Of a stretch of DNA of 32,000 bases, positions 9,854-18,208 are shown one piece after another; position 1 is the stretch's first letter; every line of letters begins with the position of its first letter. The DNA is from Formosa sp. Hel1_33_131 (GTDB taxonomy: Bacteria > Bacteroidota > Bacteroidia > Flavobacteriales > Flavobacteriaceae): positions 630,001 to 662,000 of the forward strand of contig NZ_CP017260.1 of NCBI RefSeq assembly GCF_001735745.1. The letters are read 5' to 3'. Both the position numbers and the translations under genes were made by a program. The notes under the pieces are model-generated. The model was not told the DNA's origin. It saw nothing but the letters and a program-made list of their open reading frames with translations, and did not search any database.

Positions 9854-10863
9854 TGATCATTAAAAACAACATAACTCTTAAACCTTTCAATACTTTTGGA
9901 ATTGATGTCAAAGCAACAGAATTTGCATCCATCAATTCCATACAAGAGCTTAGGGATGTTTTAAATACAAATCCAACGGACTTACTGATTCTTGGTGGTG
10001 GGAGTAATATATTACTAACTAAAGATGTGGAAGCTTTAGTATTACAAATAAACCTCAAAGGAATTTCTGTAATTTCTAGATCTGAAAATAGTGTTCAAAT
10101 AGAAGTTGCAGCGGGTGAAAACTGGCATGAATTGGTGTGTTGGTGTCTCAATGAAAATTTTGGAGGACTCGAAAATTTATCTTTAATTCCTGGGAATGTA
10201 GGGACTGCACCCATTCAAAACATTGGTGCCTATGGCGTGGAATTAAAAGATTCTTTTGTAAGCTGTGAAGCTCTTAATATAAAAACAAAAGAACTGAGAA
10301 CCTTCACAAAAGAAGAATGTCAATTTGGGTATCGAAACTCTATTTTTAAGCAAGAGCTTAAAGGGCAATACATCATTACTTCGGTCGTATTTGAGTTAAG
10401 CAATCAAGAGCACAGTCTGAAAACAAATTATGGTGCGATTGAAACTGAACTTCAAAATTATGGCATAAAAACCCCCACAATTCAAGACATTTCAAAAGCC
10501 GTTATTTCGATTAGAAACTCAAAGTTACCAGATCCAAAAACAATTGGTAACAGTGGTAGTTTTTTCAAAAACCCTGTGGTTACTTATTCGAAATTTGAAA
10601 TATTACAAACACTATTTCCACAAATTCAACATTATAAAATTTCTACGGACGTTGTTAAAATCCCTGCAGGATGGTTGATTGATACCGCAGGCTTCAAAGG
10701 CAAAACATTTGGAAATTTTGGAGTCCATGCCAAACAAGCCTTGGTTTTGGTAAACTATGGCGGTGCTTCAGGAATGGATATTTTAAATCTCTCTATCCAA
10801 ATTCAAAAAGCTGTAAAATTCATTTTTGATATTGATTTAGAAACGGAAGTCAATATTCTGTAA
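9853..10863 (+). CDS. murB: UDP-N-acetylenolpyruvoylglucosamine reductase
   Basis: 336 aa with FAD-binding LILGGGSNILL, the GLENLSLIPGNVGTAPIQNIGAYG motif, and C-terminal AGWLID..GFKG. Its start overlaps the upstream stop (TAATGA). Confidence 0.92.
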   Translation: MIIKNNITLKPFNTFGIDVKATEFASINSIQELRDVLNTNPTDLLILGGGSNILLTKDVEALVLQINLKGISVISRSENSVQIEVAAGENWHELVCWCLNENFGGLENLSLIPGNVGTAPIQNIGAYGVELKDSFVSCEALNIKTKELRTFTKEECQFGYRNSIFKQELKGQYIITSVVFELSNQEHSLKTNYGAIETELQNYGIKTPTIQDISKAVISIRNSKLPDPKTIGNSGSFFKNPVVTYSKFEILQTLFPQIQHYKISTDVVKIPAGWLIDTAGFKGKTFGNFGVHAKQALVLVNYGGASGMDILNLSIQIQKAVKFIFDIDLETEVNIL

Positions 10864-10884
10864 AAGCGCACGTTTGTGCGCTTT
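10863..10884. terminator. Bidirectional hairpin between convergent murB and aqpZ
   Basis: Perfect 9-bp stem AAAGCGCAC-gttt-GTGCGCTTT. T-runs follow on both strands. Confidence 0.7.
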
Positions 10885-10903
10885 AAATATTTTAAAAAAA
10901 GTT

Positions 10904-11590
10904 TTACGCCTTTTTACTTAATCTACAAACAAAACCAGCCACAAGTGCTCCTGCAATGGGTGCCAACCAAAACAACCAAAGCTGCCCTGCATAATCCCCG
11001 CCTTGAGCAAAAAATACTTGACCCGTAGATCGCGCTGGATTTACAGATGTGTTTGAAATAGGAATACTAATCAAGTGAACCAATGTGAGTGCTAACCCAA
11101 TAGCAATAGGCGCGAATTTTTTGGTGGACTTATGAGTCGTGCTCCCAAGAATAATAATCACAAAAAAAGCAGTGGTCACAAATTCTGTAATCAATACAGA
11201 CGTCATAGAATATCCGCCTGGAGAAAGCACTCCATATCCATTTGCGGCGAAGCTTCCAACTGTTTCGAAATCAGATTTTCCTGAAACAATTAAGAATAAA
11301 GTAGCGGCAGCAACAATCGCCCCAAGAACTTGAACTAGAATATAGCCTAATAAATCTTTGGTAGCAAAACGCCCACAAGACCAAAAACCAATTGTGACTG
11401 CTGGGTTAAAATGCGCCCCAGAAACGGGGCCTACTGCGAAAGCCATCGTTAATACGGTTAAACCAAACGCGAGGGAAACCCCTACAAATCCAATTCCTAC
11501 ATCTGGATATCCGGCTGCAAAAATAGCACTACCACAACCTCCAAACACAAGCCAAAAGGTTCCAAAAAACTCTGCAAATAATTTTTTCAT
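10904..11590 (-). CDS. aqpZ: Aquaporin Z
   Basis: Two NPA boxes (HFNPAVT and SVNPARS) and six TM segments. I place the start at the ATG at 11590 ([12 protein letters not shown]), not the ORF-track start at 11626. Confidence 0.93.
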   Translation of the reverse strand: MKKLFAEFFGTFWLVFGGCGSAIFAAGYPDVGIGFVGVSLAFGLTVLTMAFAVGPVSGAHFNPAVTIGFWSCGRFATKDLLGYILVQVLGAIVAAATLFLIVSGKSDFETVGSFAANGYGVLSPGGYSMTSVLITEFVTTAFFVIIILGSTTHKSTKKFAPIAIGLALTLVHLISIPISNTSVNPARSTGQVFFAQGGDYAGQLWLFWLAPIAGALVAGFVCRLSKKA

Positions 11591-11671
11591 AATAATAAAA
11601 TATCTAGATTTTAAAATATGACACAAGAATTAAAAAAAAGTCACATACCGAAATCAAATTCCTTAAAAGTG

Positions 11672-11679
11672 TATCTTTG
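11672..11679 (+). promoter_or_regulatory. Candidate -7 box (TATCTTTG)
   Basis: Exact TAnnTTTG match 15 nt upstream of the ATG at 11694. Confidence 0.4.
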
Positions 11680-11693
11680 TAAAAAAAAATACG

Positions 11694-11897
11694 ATGACTC
11701 TATTTTTAATTACGTTAGCGCTCTTAGGACTTGCTGTTGGAGGAATTTCAATAAAAATATGGGCAAAAAAAGATGGCGTATTTGCAGGGACTTGTGCCAG
11801 TCAAAACCCCATGCTGAACAAAGATGGGGAAGCCTGTGGCTTTTGTGGAAAAACCCCCGAGGAATATGAAGATTGCTCTGAACCTCAGCACTCTTAA
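11694..11897 (+). CDS. Small single-pass membrane protein with a four-Cys C-terminal tail
   Basis: 67 aa with an N-terminal TM helix (LFLITLALLGLAVGGISI) followed by GTC-x13-CGFC-x9-C. It has its own -7 box, and I prefer it to the overlapping 83-aa ORF in another frame. Confidence 0.5.
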   Translation: MTLFLITLALLGLAVGGISIKIWAKKDGVFAGTCASQNPMLNKDGEACGFCGKTPEEYEDCSEPQHS

Positions 11898-11912
11898 ATC
11901 AATACCAGCCCA

Positions 11913-12464
11913 TTGGAAGTAAACGACGCCATTCAGAAAGCTAAAGAAAACGATCAAATTGCATTTAATTTTTTATTGCATACATTTTGGAACGATGTGT
12001 ATGGGTTTTTGATGAAACGGACCCGTAATGAAAATGACGCAGAAGACATTACAATCGAGGCATTTTCCAAAGCCTTTGAGAAAATCAATACTTTTGATGA
12101 ATCATTTAAATTCAAAACATGGCTGATTACCATTGCAAAAAATACCCATTCTGACAGTTTAAGGAAACAAAAAATATCTCTGAGCAATCAAACGTCTGAA
12201 GAAGATGAAAAGCGGGTGTATTGGATTCAAGATGAGGCACCTTCCCCAGAAGACAAACTCATCACGAAGCAAAATCTTGCGGAGTTATTAAAAGACATCA
12301 AAAAGTTAAAACCGCATTACCAACAAGTGATTAATTTGCGGTATTTCCAAGAATTATCTTATGTGGAAATCTCTAATGAGATTGAGGCGCCAATAAATAA
12401 TGTAAAAATTAAACTCTTAAGAGCCAAAAAACTGCTAGCCGAAATTATTTTGACAAAACAATGA
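11913..12464 (+). CDS. ECF-type RNA polymerase sigma-70 family factor (TTG start)
   Basis: 183 aa with region 2 (DAEDITIEAFSKAF...WLITIAKN) and a region 4 helix-turn-helix (LRYFQELSYVEISNEIEAPINNVKIKLLRAKKLL). Confidence 0.85.
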   Translation: MEVNDAIQKAKENDQIAFNFLLHTFWNDVYGFLMKRTRNENDAEDITIEAFSKAFEKINTFDESFKFKTWLITIAKNTHSDSLRKQKISLSNQTSEEDEKRVYWIQDEAPSPEDKLITKQNLAELLKDIKKLKPHYQQVINLRYFQELSYVEISNEIEAPINNVKIKLLRAKKLLAEIILTKQ

Positions 12465-13678
12465 AACGCTTTATACAAAAACTAGGTCCTGGACTTCTGT
12501 TTGCAGGAGCTGCCATTGGTGTCTCTCATCTTGTACAGTCCACGCGTGCAGGAGCAGATTTTGGATTTGGATTACTCTGGGCGTTACTGCTCATTCATTT
12601 GGTGAAATATCCGTTTTTTCAATACGGGCCTCGCTATGCCAGTGCAACGGGTGAAAGTTTACTAGAAGGCTATCGGAAATTGGGAAAAGGTGTATTGATA
12701 CTGTACGGACTACTTACTTCCCTAACCATGTTTACCATTCAAGCGGCTGTGACGATTGTAACCGCCGGTATTGCTACTTCTTTATTTGGAGACTTCATCA
12801 GCGTAAAAGTTTGGACTGTGGTCATTTTAAGCGTGTGTTTTATCATCTTAAATATTGGAAAGTATCGATTTTTAGACGTCATGATGAAAGTCATTATCAT
12901 CACTCTAACCCTCACAACCTTGGTTGCCACTGCGATGGCCATTTACAATTCGAGCGAGGCCGTATCATTTACACAACTCTTACCAGAAGGCAGTATTGAA
13001 ATTACATTTTTAATCGCCTTTATGGGATGGATGCCAGCGCCTTTGGATATTTCGGTATGGCATTCGTTATGGACCACTGAAAAGCAAAAAACAAGCACCG
13101 AGAAACGCCATCCAAAAACAGCTTTATTAGATTTTAATATTGGGTATTTAGGAACGATTCTTTTAGGGGTTAGTTTTGTAGCACTTGGCGCACTTGTCAT
13201 GCACCCTACAGGCAATAGTTTCAGCAACAGTGCTGGTACATTTTCTGTTCAACTTATCGATATGTACACCCAAAGTCTCGGCAACTGGGCTTATGTCATT
13301 ATTGGAATCGCTGCGTTCACCACCATGTTTAGTACGACCTTGACAACCCTTGACGCCTCGCCACGATCTATGCATAAAACCACGGAGTTGGTGTTTGAAA
13401 AATCCTTCAAAAATGGCTATTTAATATGGAGCGTTGTATTAATTTTAGGAACTCTCAGTATTTATTTTTTCTTTCTCTCGGAAATGGGAAGTCTCATAAA
13501 AGTAGCCACGGTATTATCATTTTTAACCGCTCCCTTTTACGCACTCACCAACTATATTTTAATTTCAAGTAAACACACCCCAAAGGAGTGGCGTCCATCC
13601 AAGATCCTCCACATTATGAGCTGTTTTGGTATTCTTTTTTTAATCGGTTTTAGCGTGTGGTATCTCACAATTTTATGA
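12461..13678 (+). CDS. Nramp-related (SLC11-like) membrane transporter with a non-canonical metal site
   Basis: 405 aa with about 11 TM segments. The N-terminal LGPGLLFAGAAIGVSHLVQSTRAGADFGFGLLW aligns to MntH LGPGFL..YMDPGNWATDLQAGAQFGY.LLW. A TM6-like MGWMPAP is present. Overlaps the sigma stop by 4 nt. Confidence 0.7.
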   Translation: MKRFIQKLGPGLLFAGAAIGVSHLVQSTRAGADFGFGLLWALLLIHLVKYPFFQYGPRYASATGESLLEGYRKLGKGVLILYGLLTSLTMFTIQAAVTIVTAGIATSLFGDFISVKVWTVVILSVCFIILNIGKYRFLDVMMKVIIITLTLTTLVATAMAIYNSSEAVSFTQLLPEGSIEITFLIAFMGWMPAPLDISVWHSLWTTEKQKTSTEKRHPKTALLDFNIGYLGTILLGVSFVALGALVMHPTGNSFSNSAGTFSVQLIDMYTQSLGNWAYVIIGIAAFTTMFSTTLTTLDASPRSMHKTTELVFEKSFKNGYLIWSVVLILGTLSIYFFFLSEMGSLIKVATVLSFLTAPFYALTNYILISSKHTPKEWRPSKILHIMSCFGILFLIGFSVWYLTIL

Positions 13679-13699
13679 TTTGTTTATAAGAATACTTTG

Positions 13700-13707
13700 T
13701 ATCTTTG
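13700..13707 (+). promoter_or_regulatory. Candidate -7 box (TATCTTTG) for lipA
   Basis: Exact TAnnTTTG match 18 nt upstream of the ATG at 13725, with TTTG about 19 nt further upstream (13678-13681) as a possible -33 element. Confidence 0.4.
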
Positions 13708-13724
13708 TGGCTCAAATTGAACGC

Positions 13725-14600
13725 ATGGCTGTAGAAACACTTTCAGACCCAATTATAAGACAACCCAAACCAAAATGGCTTCGTGTCAAATTGCCAACAG
13801 GCAAAAAATACACCGAACTCAGAGGGCTTGTTGACAAATACAACCTCAACACCATCTGTGCTTCCGGAAGTTGTCCGAATATGGGCGAATGCTGGGGAGA
13901 AGGCACAGCAACCTTTATGATTTTAGGAAATATCTGTACGCGTTCTTGTGGGTTTTGTGGCGTCAAAACAGGACGGCCAGAAACTGTGGATTGGGATGAA
14001 CCTGAAAAAGTTGCGCGTTCCATCAAAATTATGAATATCAAACACGCGGTTCTGACGAGTGTAGATCGTGATGACTTGAAAGATATGGGAAGTATCATGT
14101 GGGCAGAAACTGTGAAAGCGGTAAGACGTATGAATCCAAACATCACGATGGAGACTTTAATTCCAGATTTTCAAGGGATTGAAAAACACATCGATCGCAT
14201 TATAGAAGTCGCTCCCGAAGTGGTGTCTCATAATATGGAAACGGTAAGACGCTTGACACGTGAAGTCCGCATTCAAGCGAAATACGATAAAAGTTTGGGT
14301 GTTTTAAAATACCTAAAAGATCAAGGGCAACGCCGTACCAAAACAGGTTTGATGCTTGGCCTTGGAGAAACCCGTGATGAAGTGATTGAAACGCTTCACG
14401 ATATAAAAAATGCGAATGTAGATGTGGTTACCATCGGTCAATACTTGCAACCGAGTAAAAAACATTTGCCTGTAAAGCAATTCATCACCCCAGATCAATT
14501 CAAAGAATATGAAACTATTGGATTGGATTTAGGCTTTCGCCATGTAGAAAGTAGTGCCTTGGTAAGATCTTCTTATAAAGCTCAAAAACACATCAACTAA
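13725..14600 (+). CDS. lipA: Lipoyl synthase
   Basis: Auxiliary cluster CASGSCPNMGEC and radical-SAM CTRSCGFC. The start is moved to the ATG at 13725 (MAVETLSDP...), because the track's 13680 start would read through the promoter. Confidence 0.95.
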   Translation: MAVETLSDPIIRQPKPKWLRVKLPTGKKYTELRGLVDKYNLNTICASGSCPNMGECWGEGTATFMILGNICTRSCGFCGVKTGRPETVDWDEPEKVARSIKIMNIKHAVLTSVDRDDLKDMGSIMWAETVKAVRRMNPNITMETLIPDFQGIEKHIDRIIEVAPEVVSHNMETVRRLTREVRIQAKYDKSLGVLKYLKDQGQRRTKTGLMLGLGETRDEVIETLHDIKNANVDVVTIGQYLQPSKKHLPVKQFITPDQFKEYETIGLDLGFRHVESSALVRSSYKAQKHIN

Positions 14601-14602
14601 CG

Positions 14603-15595
14603 ATGGTACGGGTCGCAATCAATGGATTTGGACGCATTGGGCGTCGAGTGTTCAGACTGTTATTGGCACACCCAACGATTGAAGTGGTTGCAATTAACGA
14701 TCTGGCAGATACCAAAACCTTGGCGCATCTACTCAAATACGACAGTATTCACGGCACTTTAAAAAGAACTATTTCGAGCGATGACACGCACATCATCCTT
14801 GATGGTCATTCGATTCCTGTCTTAAATAAATCCCATCTGAAAGACCTCAACTGGACGCCCTATACTGTGGACATCGTCATTGAAGCAACGGGGAAATTTA
14901 AAACCAAAAAGGAGTTAATTCACCATATAAATAACGGGGCTTCTAAAGTTATTTTGAGCGTCCCTCCTATCGATGACACTGTCAAAACAATCGTTTTAGG
15001 AGTAAATGACGATTTATTAAACACAGAAGATACCATCATTTCAAACGCTTCTTGTACCACTAATAATGCAGCGCCCATGCTCTCCATTATCAACGAGCTT
15101 TGCGGTATTAACCAGGCATACATCACAACGGTGCATTCCTATACATCCGATCAAAGTTTACATGACCAACCGCATAAAGATTTAAGACGTGCACGTGCTG
15201 CAGGACAGTCTATTGTACCCACAACAACGGGAGCGGCGAAAGCATTGACAAAAGTATTTCCGGAGTTGGCCAACTGTATTGGAGGTTGTGGAATTCGAGT
15301 GCCGGTTATTAATGGATCGCTAACGGATATCACGTTTAATGTAAAAAAGGAGACTTCTGTAGAAGCAATTAACAAAGCGTTTAAAGAGGCTGCTGAAACC
15401 TCGTTTAAAGGGGTTTTAGAATATACCGAAGACCCGATTGTGTCGATTGATATTGTCGGAAATACGCATTCCTGTATTTTTGATGCGCAAATGACGTCTG
15501 TTATTGGAACGATGGTGAAAATTATTGGATGGTACGATAACGAAACAGGCTACTCCAGCCGTATTGTAGATTTGATTTATAGAGTAAAAAATTAG
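14603..15595 (+). CDS. gap: Type I glyceraldehyde-3-phosphate dehydrogenase
   Basis: INGFGRIGR Rossmann N-terminus, catalytic SNASCTTN, and WYDNETGYS at the C-terminus. Confidence 0.93.
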   Translation: MVRVAINGFGRIGRRVFRLLLAHPTIEVVAINDLADTKTLAHLLKYDSIHGTLKRTISSDDTHIILDGHSIPVLNKSHLKDLNWTPYTVDIVIEATGKFKTKKELIHHINNGASKVILSVPPIDDTVKTIVLGVNDDLLNTEDTIISNASCTTNNAAPMLSIINELCGINQAYITTVHSYTSDQSLHDQPHKDLRRARAAGQSIVPTTTGAAKALTKVFPELANCIGGCGIRVPVINGSLTDITFNVKKETSVEAINKAFKEAAETSFKGVLEYTEDPIVSIDIVGNTHSCIFDAQMTSVIGTMVKIIGWYDNETGYSSRIVDLIYRVKN

Positions 15596-16041
15596 ATATT
15601 TGTCTCATTCCTCATCTGCATTAGATACAAATCAAAGTTTTTTGCCCAATACTCTTTTTCAATTTTCTCTAATTCAAAGCCCATTTTCTCATAAAATTTA
15701 TAGGCATGCTGACTTGTTCTGACTCTAATGATTTCAACTTCTGTATTTCTCTTCAAATGGTTGATTCTGTGTTGGGTTAGTTTTTTTCCGATGCCCTTTC
15801 CTTGTGATTTTGAATCCACCATATCCCAAGAGATTCGTGCCGATTTTTCTTCCAAAAAATAGTTGATACCTCCAGCCCCGATAATTTTAAAATCAAGTTC
15901 ATAAACAAAATAGTCTTCTACTTCATGATCTAGGTAATTTATAAATTCAATCTCTTCGGAGGGATCAAAATATTCAGGAGTGTTCTGTCGTAATAATTCA
16001 ATGAGAGTTGATTTGTCTTTTTTTGTGTAGTTTCTGATCAT
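15592..16041 (-). CDS. GNAT family N-acetyltransferase
   Basis: 149 aa with the acetyl-CoA pocket motif SQGKGIGKKL (Q/RxxGxG/A). Confidence 0.75.
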   Translation of the reverse strand: MIRNYTKKDKSTLIELLRQNTPEYFDPSEEIEFINYLDHEVEDYFVYELDFKIIGAGGINYFLEEKSARISWDMVDSKSQGKGIGKKLTQHRINHLKRNTEVEIIRVRTSQHAYKFYEKMGFELEKIEKEYWAKNFDLYLMQMRNETNI

Positions 16042-16061
16042 TGTGTGTTTTTCTAAATCAA

Positions 16062-17066
16062 CTAAAAAACCTCAACATACCCCGCCACCAAACGTTCAAA
16101 CTCCGAAGCGTTCTCTATTTTCAATTGAATGGGCAAATAGTATATATGATCTTGTGCCTCTGTATGCAAGCGTGAAAAATCTTTTTCGGTAGTTACTACC
16201 AACGATTTTGAATGTATGAATTCCAATTCAGGTTTAGAAAACTCATGATGATCCTTATAGTTTAAATGCTCAAATTCAAGTTCCATTTCAGTTAAATACT
16301 CGACTAAAGGTGTCGGGTTTGCAATGCCTGTCACCAGCGTAAAATGAGTTCCTTTTAAATCCGACAAAGCACGGTTTGAAGTCGATGAAATAAGCGTTTC
16401 ACTGTACTGGATACTGCTAAAAAATACGGTTTGATTGGTTTCTGGATTCAAACGTTTAGTGATTGCTGTTTTTTCTAAGTCACCCAAATTTTCTGGACAC
16501 TTCGTTACCACAATTAACTGTGCACGTTTGGCACCCAATTTAGGTTCTCTCAGATTGCCTGTTGGCAAAACAAAATCATCACAATACAATTGATCGTATG
16601 CGGTCAGTAGAATATTAAATCCTGCCGTGACTTTTCTGTGTTGAAACGCATCATCTAACAACACAACTTCTAACAAGGGGTTGTGTTCTTTCAAATATTT
16701 TAAACCATTTTGGCGATCGGCATCCACTGCCACCGTAATATTTTTAAATTTATTGAAAATCTGTAAAGGCTCGTCCCCAATATCTTGAGACGTGGCATTT
16801 GGCGTGGCAATCAGAAAGCCTTTGGACTTTCGTCCATACCCACGACTGAGGGTTGCCAGCTTATACTTCGAACCCAACAGAGTAATTAAATATTCAATCA
16901 TGGGTGTTTTTCCAGTGCCACCTACGGATAGATTGCCCACACAGAGCAATGGAAATTCATAAGATTTGGACTTATAGATTGACCAATCATATAATTTGTT
17001 TCTTAAAAATACCGCCGCATAATAGAGGGGTACAAAGGGGAATAATATTTTTCTAAAAAGCTTCAT
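16062..17066 (-). CDS. lpxK: Tetraacyldisaccharide 4'-kinase
   Basis: P-loop GNLSVGGTGKTP and an N-terminal membrane helix. I place the start at the ATG at 17066 (MKLFRKILFPF), because the track start at 17138 would overlap the divergent promoter and the next gene. Confidence 0.9.
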   Translation of the reverse strand: MKLFRKILFPFVPLYYAAVFLRNKLYDWSIYKSKSYEFPLLCVGNLSVGGTGKTPMIEYLITLLGSKYKLATLSRGYGRKSKGFLIATPNATSQDIGDEPLQIFNKFKNITVAVDADRQNGLKYLKEHNPLLEVVLLDDAFQHRKVTAGFNILLTAYDQLYCDDFVLPTGNLREPKLGAKRAQLIVVTKCPENLGDLEKTAITKRLNPETNQTVFFSSIQYSETLISSTSNRALSDLKGTHFTLVTGIANPTPLVEYLTEMELEFEHLNYKDHHEFSKPELEFIHSKSLVVTTEKDFSRLHTEAQDHIYYLPIQLKIENASEFERLVAGYVEVF

Positions 17067-17086
17067 TGCAACGAAAGTAATTATTT

Positions 17087-17094
17087 TATCTTTG
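17087..17094 (+). promoter_or_regulatory. Candidate -7 box (TATCTTTG)
   Basis: Exact TAnnTTTG match 18 nt upstream of the ATG at 17112. Confidence 0.4.
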
Positions 17095-17111
17095 AACTTA
17101 AACAAAAACTT

Positions 17112-18206
17112 ATGATAGTTCAAGATGTGATCACGCATTTAGAGGCTTTGGCCCCACTTGCCTATGCTGAAGAATTTGACAATGTAGGCCTTTTGGTCGG
17201 GCATAAAACCACTAAAGTAACAGGTGTATTAGTGACACTAGACACTCTTGAAACAGTGGTAGATGAAGCCATTGAAAACCAATGCAACTTGATTGTGAGT
17301 TTTCACCCGATTATTTTTAAAGGCCTTAAAAAAATCACGGGAAACACCTATGTGGAACGTGTATTGATAAAAGCGATCGAACATAAAATTGCAATTTATG
17401 CCATCCATACAGCACTTGACAATGCTTTTGAAGGCTCAAATGCTGGACTTTGTGATCTTTTAGGATTAAAAAATAAAGCGATTCTAATTCCACAAGTGGG
17501 AACCATCAAACAATTGACCACTTATGTCCCTGAACAACATGCCGATGCCGTCCGAACCGCCTTGTTTGAGAGTAGTGCTGGAAGTATTGGAAATTACACC
17601 GATTGTAGTTTTAATAGCGTAGGTACTGGAACTTTTAAAGGAAATGAACATTCAAATCCTGTGATGGGAGCGAAGCATGTTTTACAAAAAGTATCAGAAA
17701 CAAAAATCACGGTCAGTTTTGCAAAACATCTGGAAAATGACATTCTAAAAACACTTTTTAGCAGCCACCCTTATGAAGAAGTTGCCTATGAAATCATCGC
17801 TTTAGAAAACAAAAATCAACATATTGGCATGGGAATGGTTGGCCAGTTAGAGCAACCAATGGACGAAACTTCGTTTATAGACTTTATAAAAACCCGTTTA
17901 AATTGCACACTTATACGGCATTCGGAATTCTTAGAAACTCCCATCCAAAAAGTAGCCGTGTTAGGAGGGTCAGGAAGCTTTGCAATCGAAGCTGCTAAGG
18001 CCGCTGGTGCTGATGCCTTTATCACCGCTGATTTAAAATATCACGATTTTTTTAGTGCTGAAAATTCGCTGTTATTGGCAGACGTAGGGCACTATGAAAG
18101 CGAGCAACATATAAAAAATATTTTAGTTGCCCATCTTAAGAAAAAAATTACTAATTTTGCAGTCCTTTTATCAAAGACAAATACAAATCCCGTAAAGTAT
18201 AAATAA
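17112..18206 (+). CDS. Nif3-like dinuclear metal centre protein (long form with inserted domain)
   Basis: 364 aa with the NIF3-family motifs VSFHPIIFKG and IAIYAIHTALDN, and C-terminal GDAFITADLKYHDF. Confidence 0.85.
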   Translation: MIVQDVITHLEALAPLAYAEEFDNVGLLVGHKTTKVTGVLVTLDTLETVVDEAIENQCNLIVSFHPIIFKGLKKITGNTYVERVLIKAIEHKIAIYAIHTALDNAFEGSNAGLCDLLGLKNKAILIPQVGTIKQLTTYVPEQHADAVRTALFESSAGSIGNYTDCSFNSVGTGTFKGNEHSNPVMGAKHVLQKVSETKITVSFAKHLENDILKTLFSSHPYEEVAYEIIALENKNQHIGMGMVGQLEQPMDETSFIDFIKTRLNCTLIRHSEFLETPIQKVAVLGGSGSFAIEAAKAAGADAFITADLKYHDFFSAENSLLLADVGHYESEQHIKNILVAHLKKKITNFAVLLSKTNTNPVKYK

Positions 18207-18208
18207 GC

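Noticed and set aside
11618-11869. 83-aa ORF overlapping the small membrane-protein gene in another frame
   Set aside because: The composition (rich in Lys, Arg, Trp and Cys, with no domain-like pattern) looks non-coding, and the ORF spans the candidate -7 box. The 11694 frame has a clean TM helix and correct promoter spacing.
12440-12470. Possible metal riboswitch (for example yybP-ykoY) ahead of the Nramp-like gene
   Set aside because: There is no leader at all, because the transporter start overlaps the sigma-factor stop. The only upstream non-coding DNA (11591-11693) is about 100 nt of AT-rich promoter sequence with no conserved stems visible.
13680-13724. N-terminal extensions in the ORF track (lipA from 13680, protease from 8622, aqpZ from 11626, lpxK from 17138)
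   Set aside because: The extensions read through promoter boxes or into neighbouring genes and add non-conserved residues. Internal ATGs give canonical N-termini (a signal peptide, [18 protein letters not shown] and MAVETL).
15592-16041. The two GNAT acetyltransferases (also 29733-30161) considered as toxin components of GNAT/RHH toxin-antitoxin systems
   Set aside because: Neither gene has a small adjacent antitoxin ORF (RHH or DUF1778-like). One is tucked 20 nt behind lpxK, and the other stands alone with its own upstream region.
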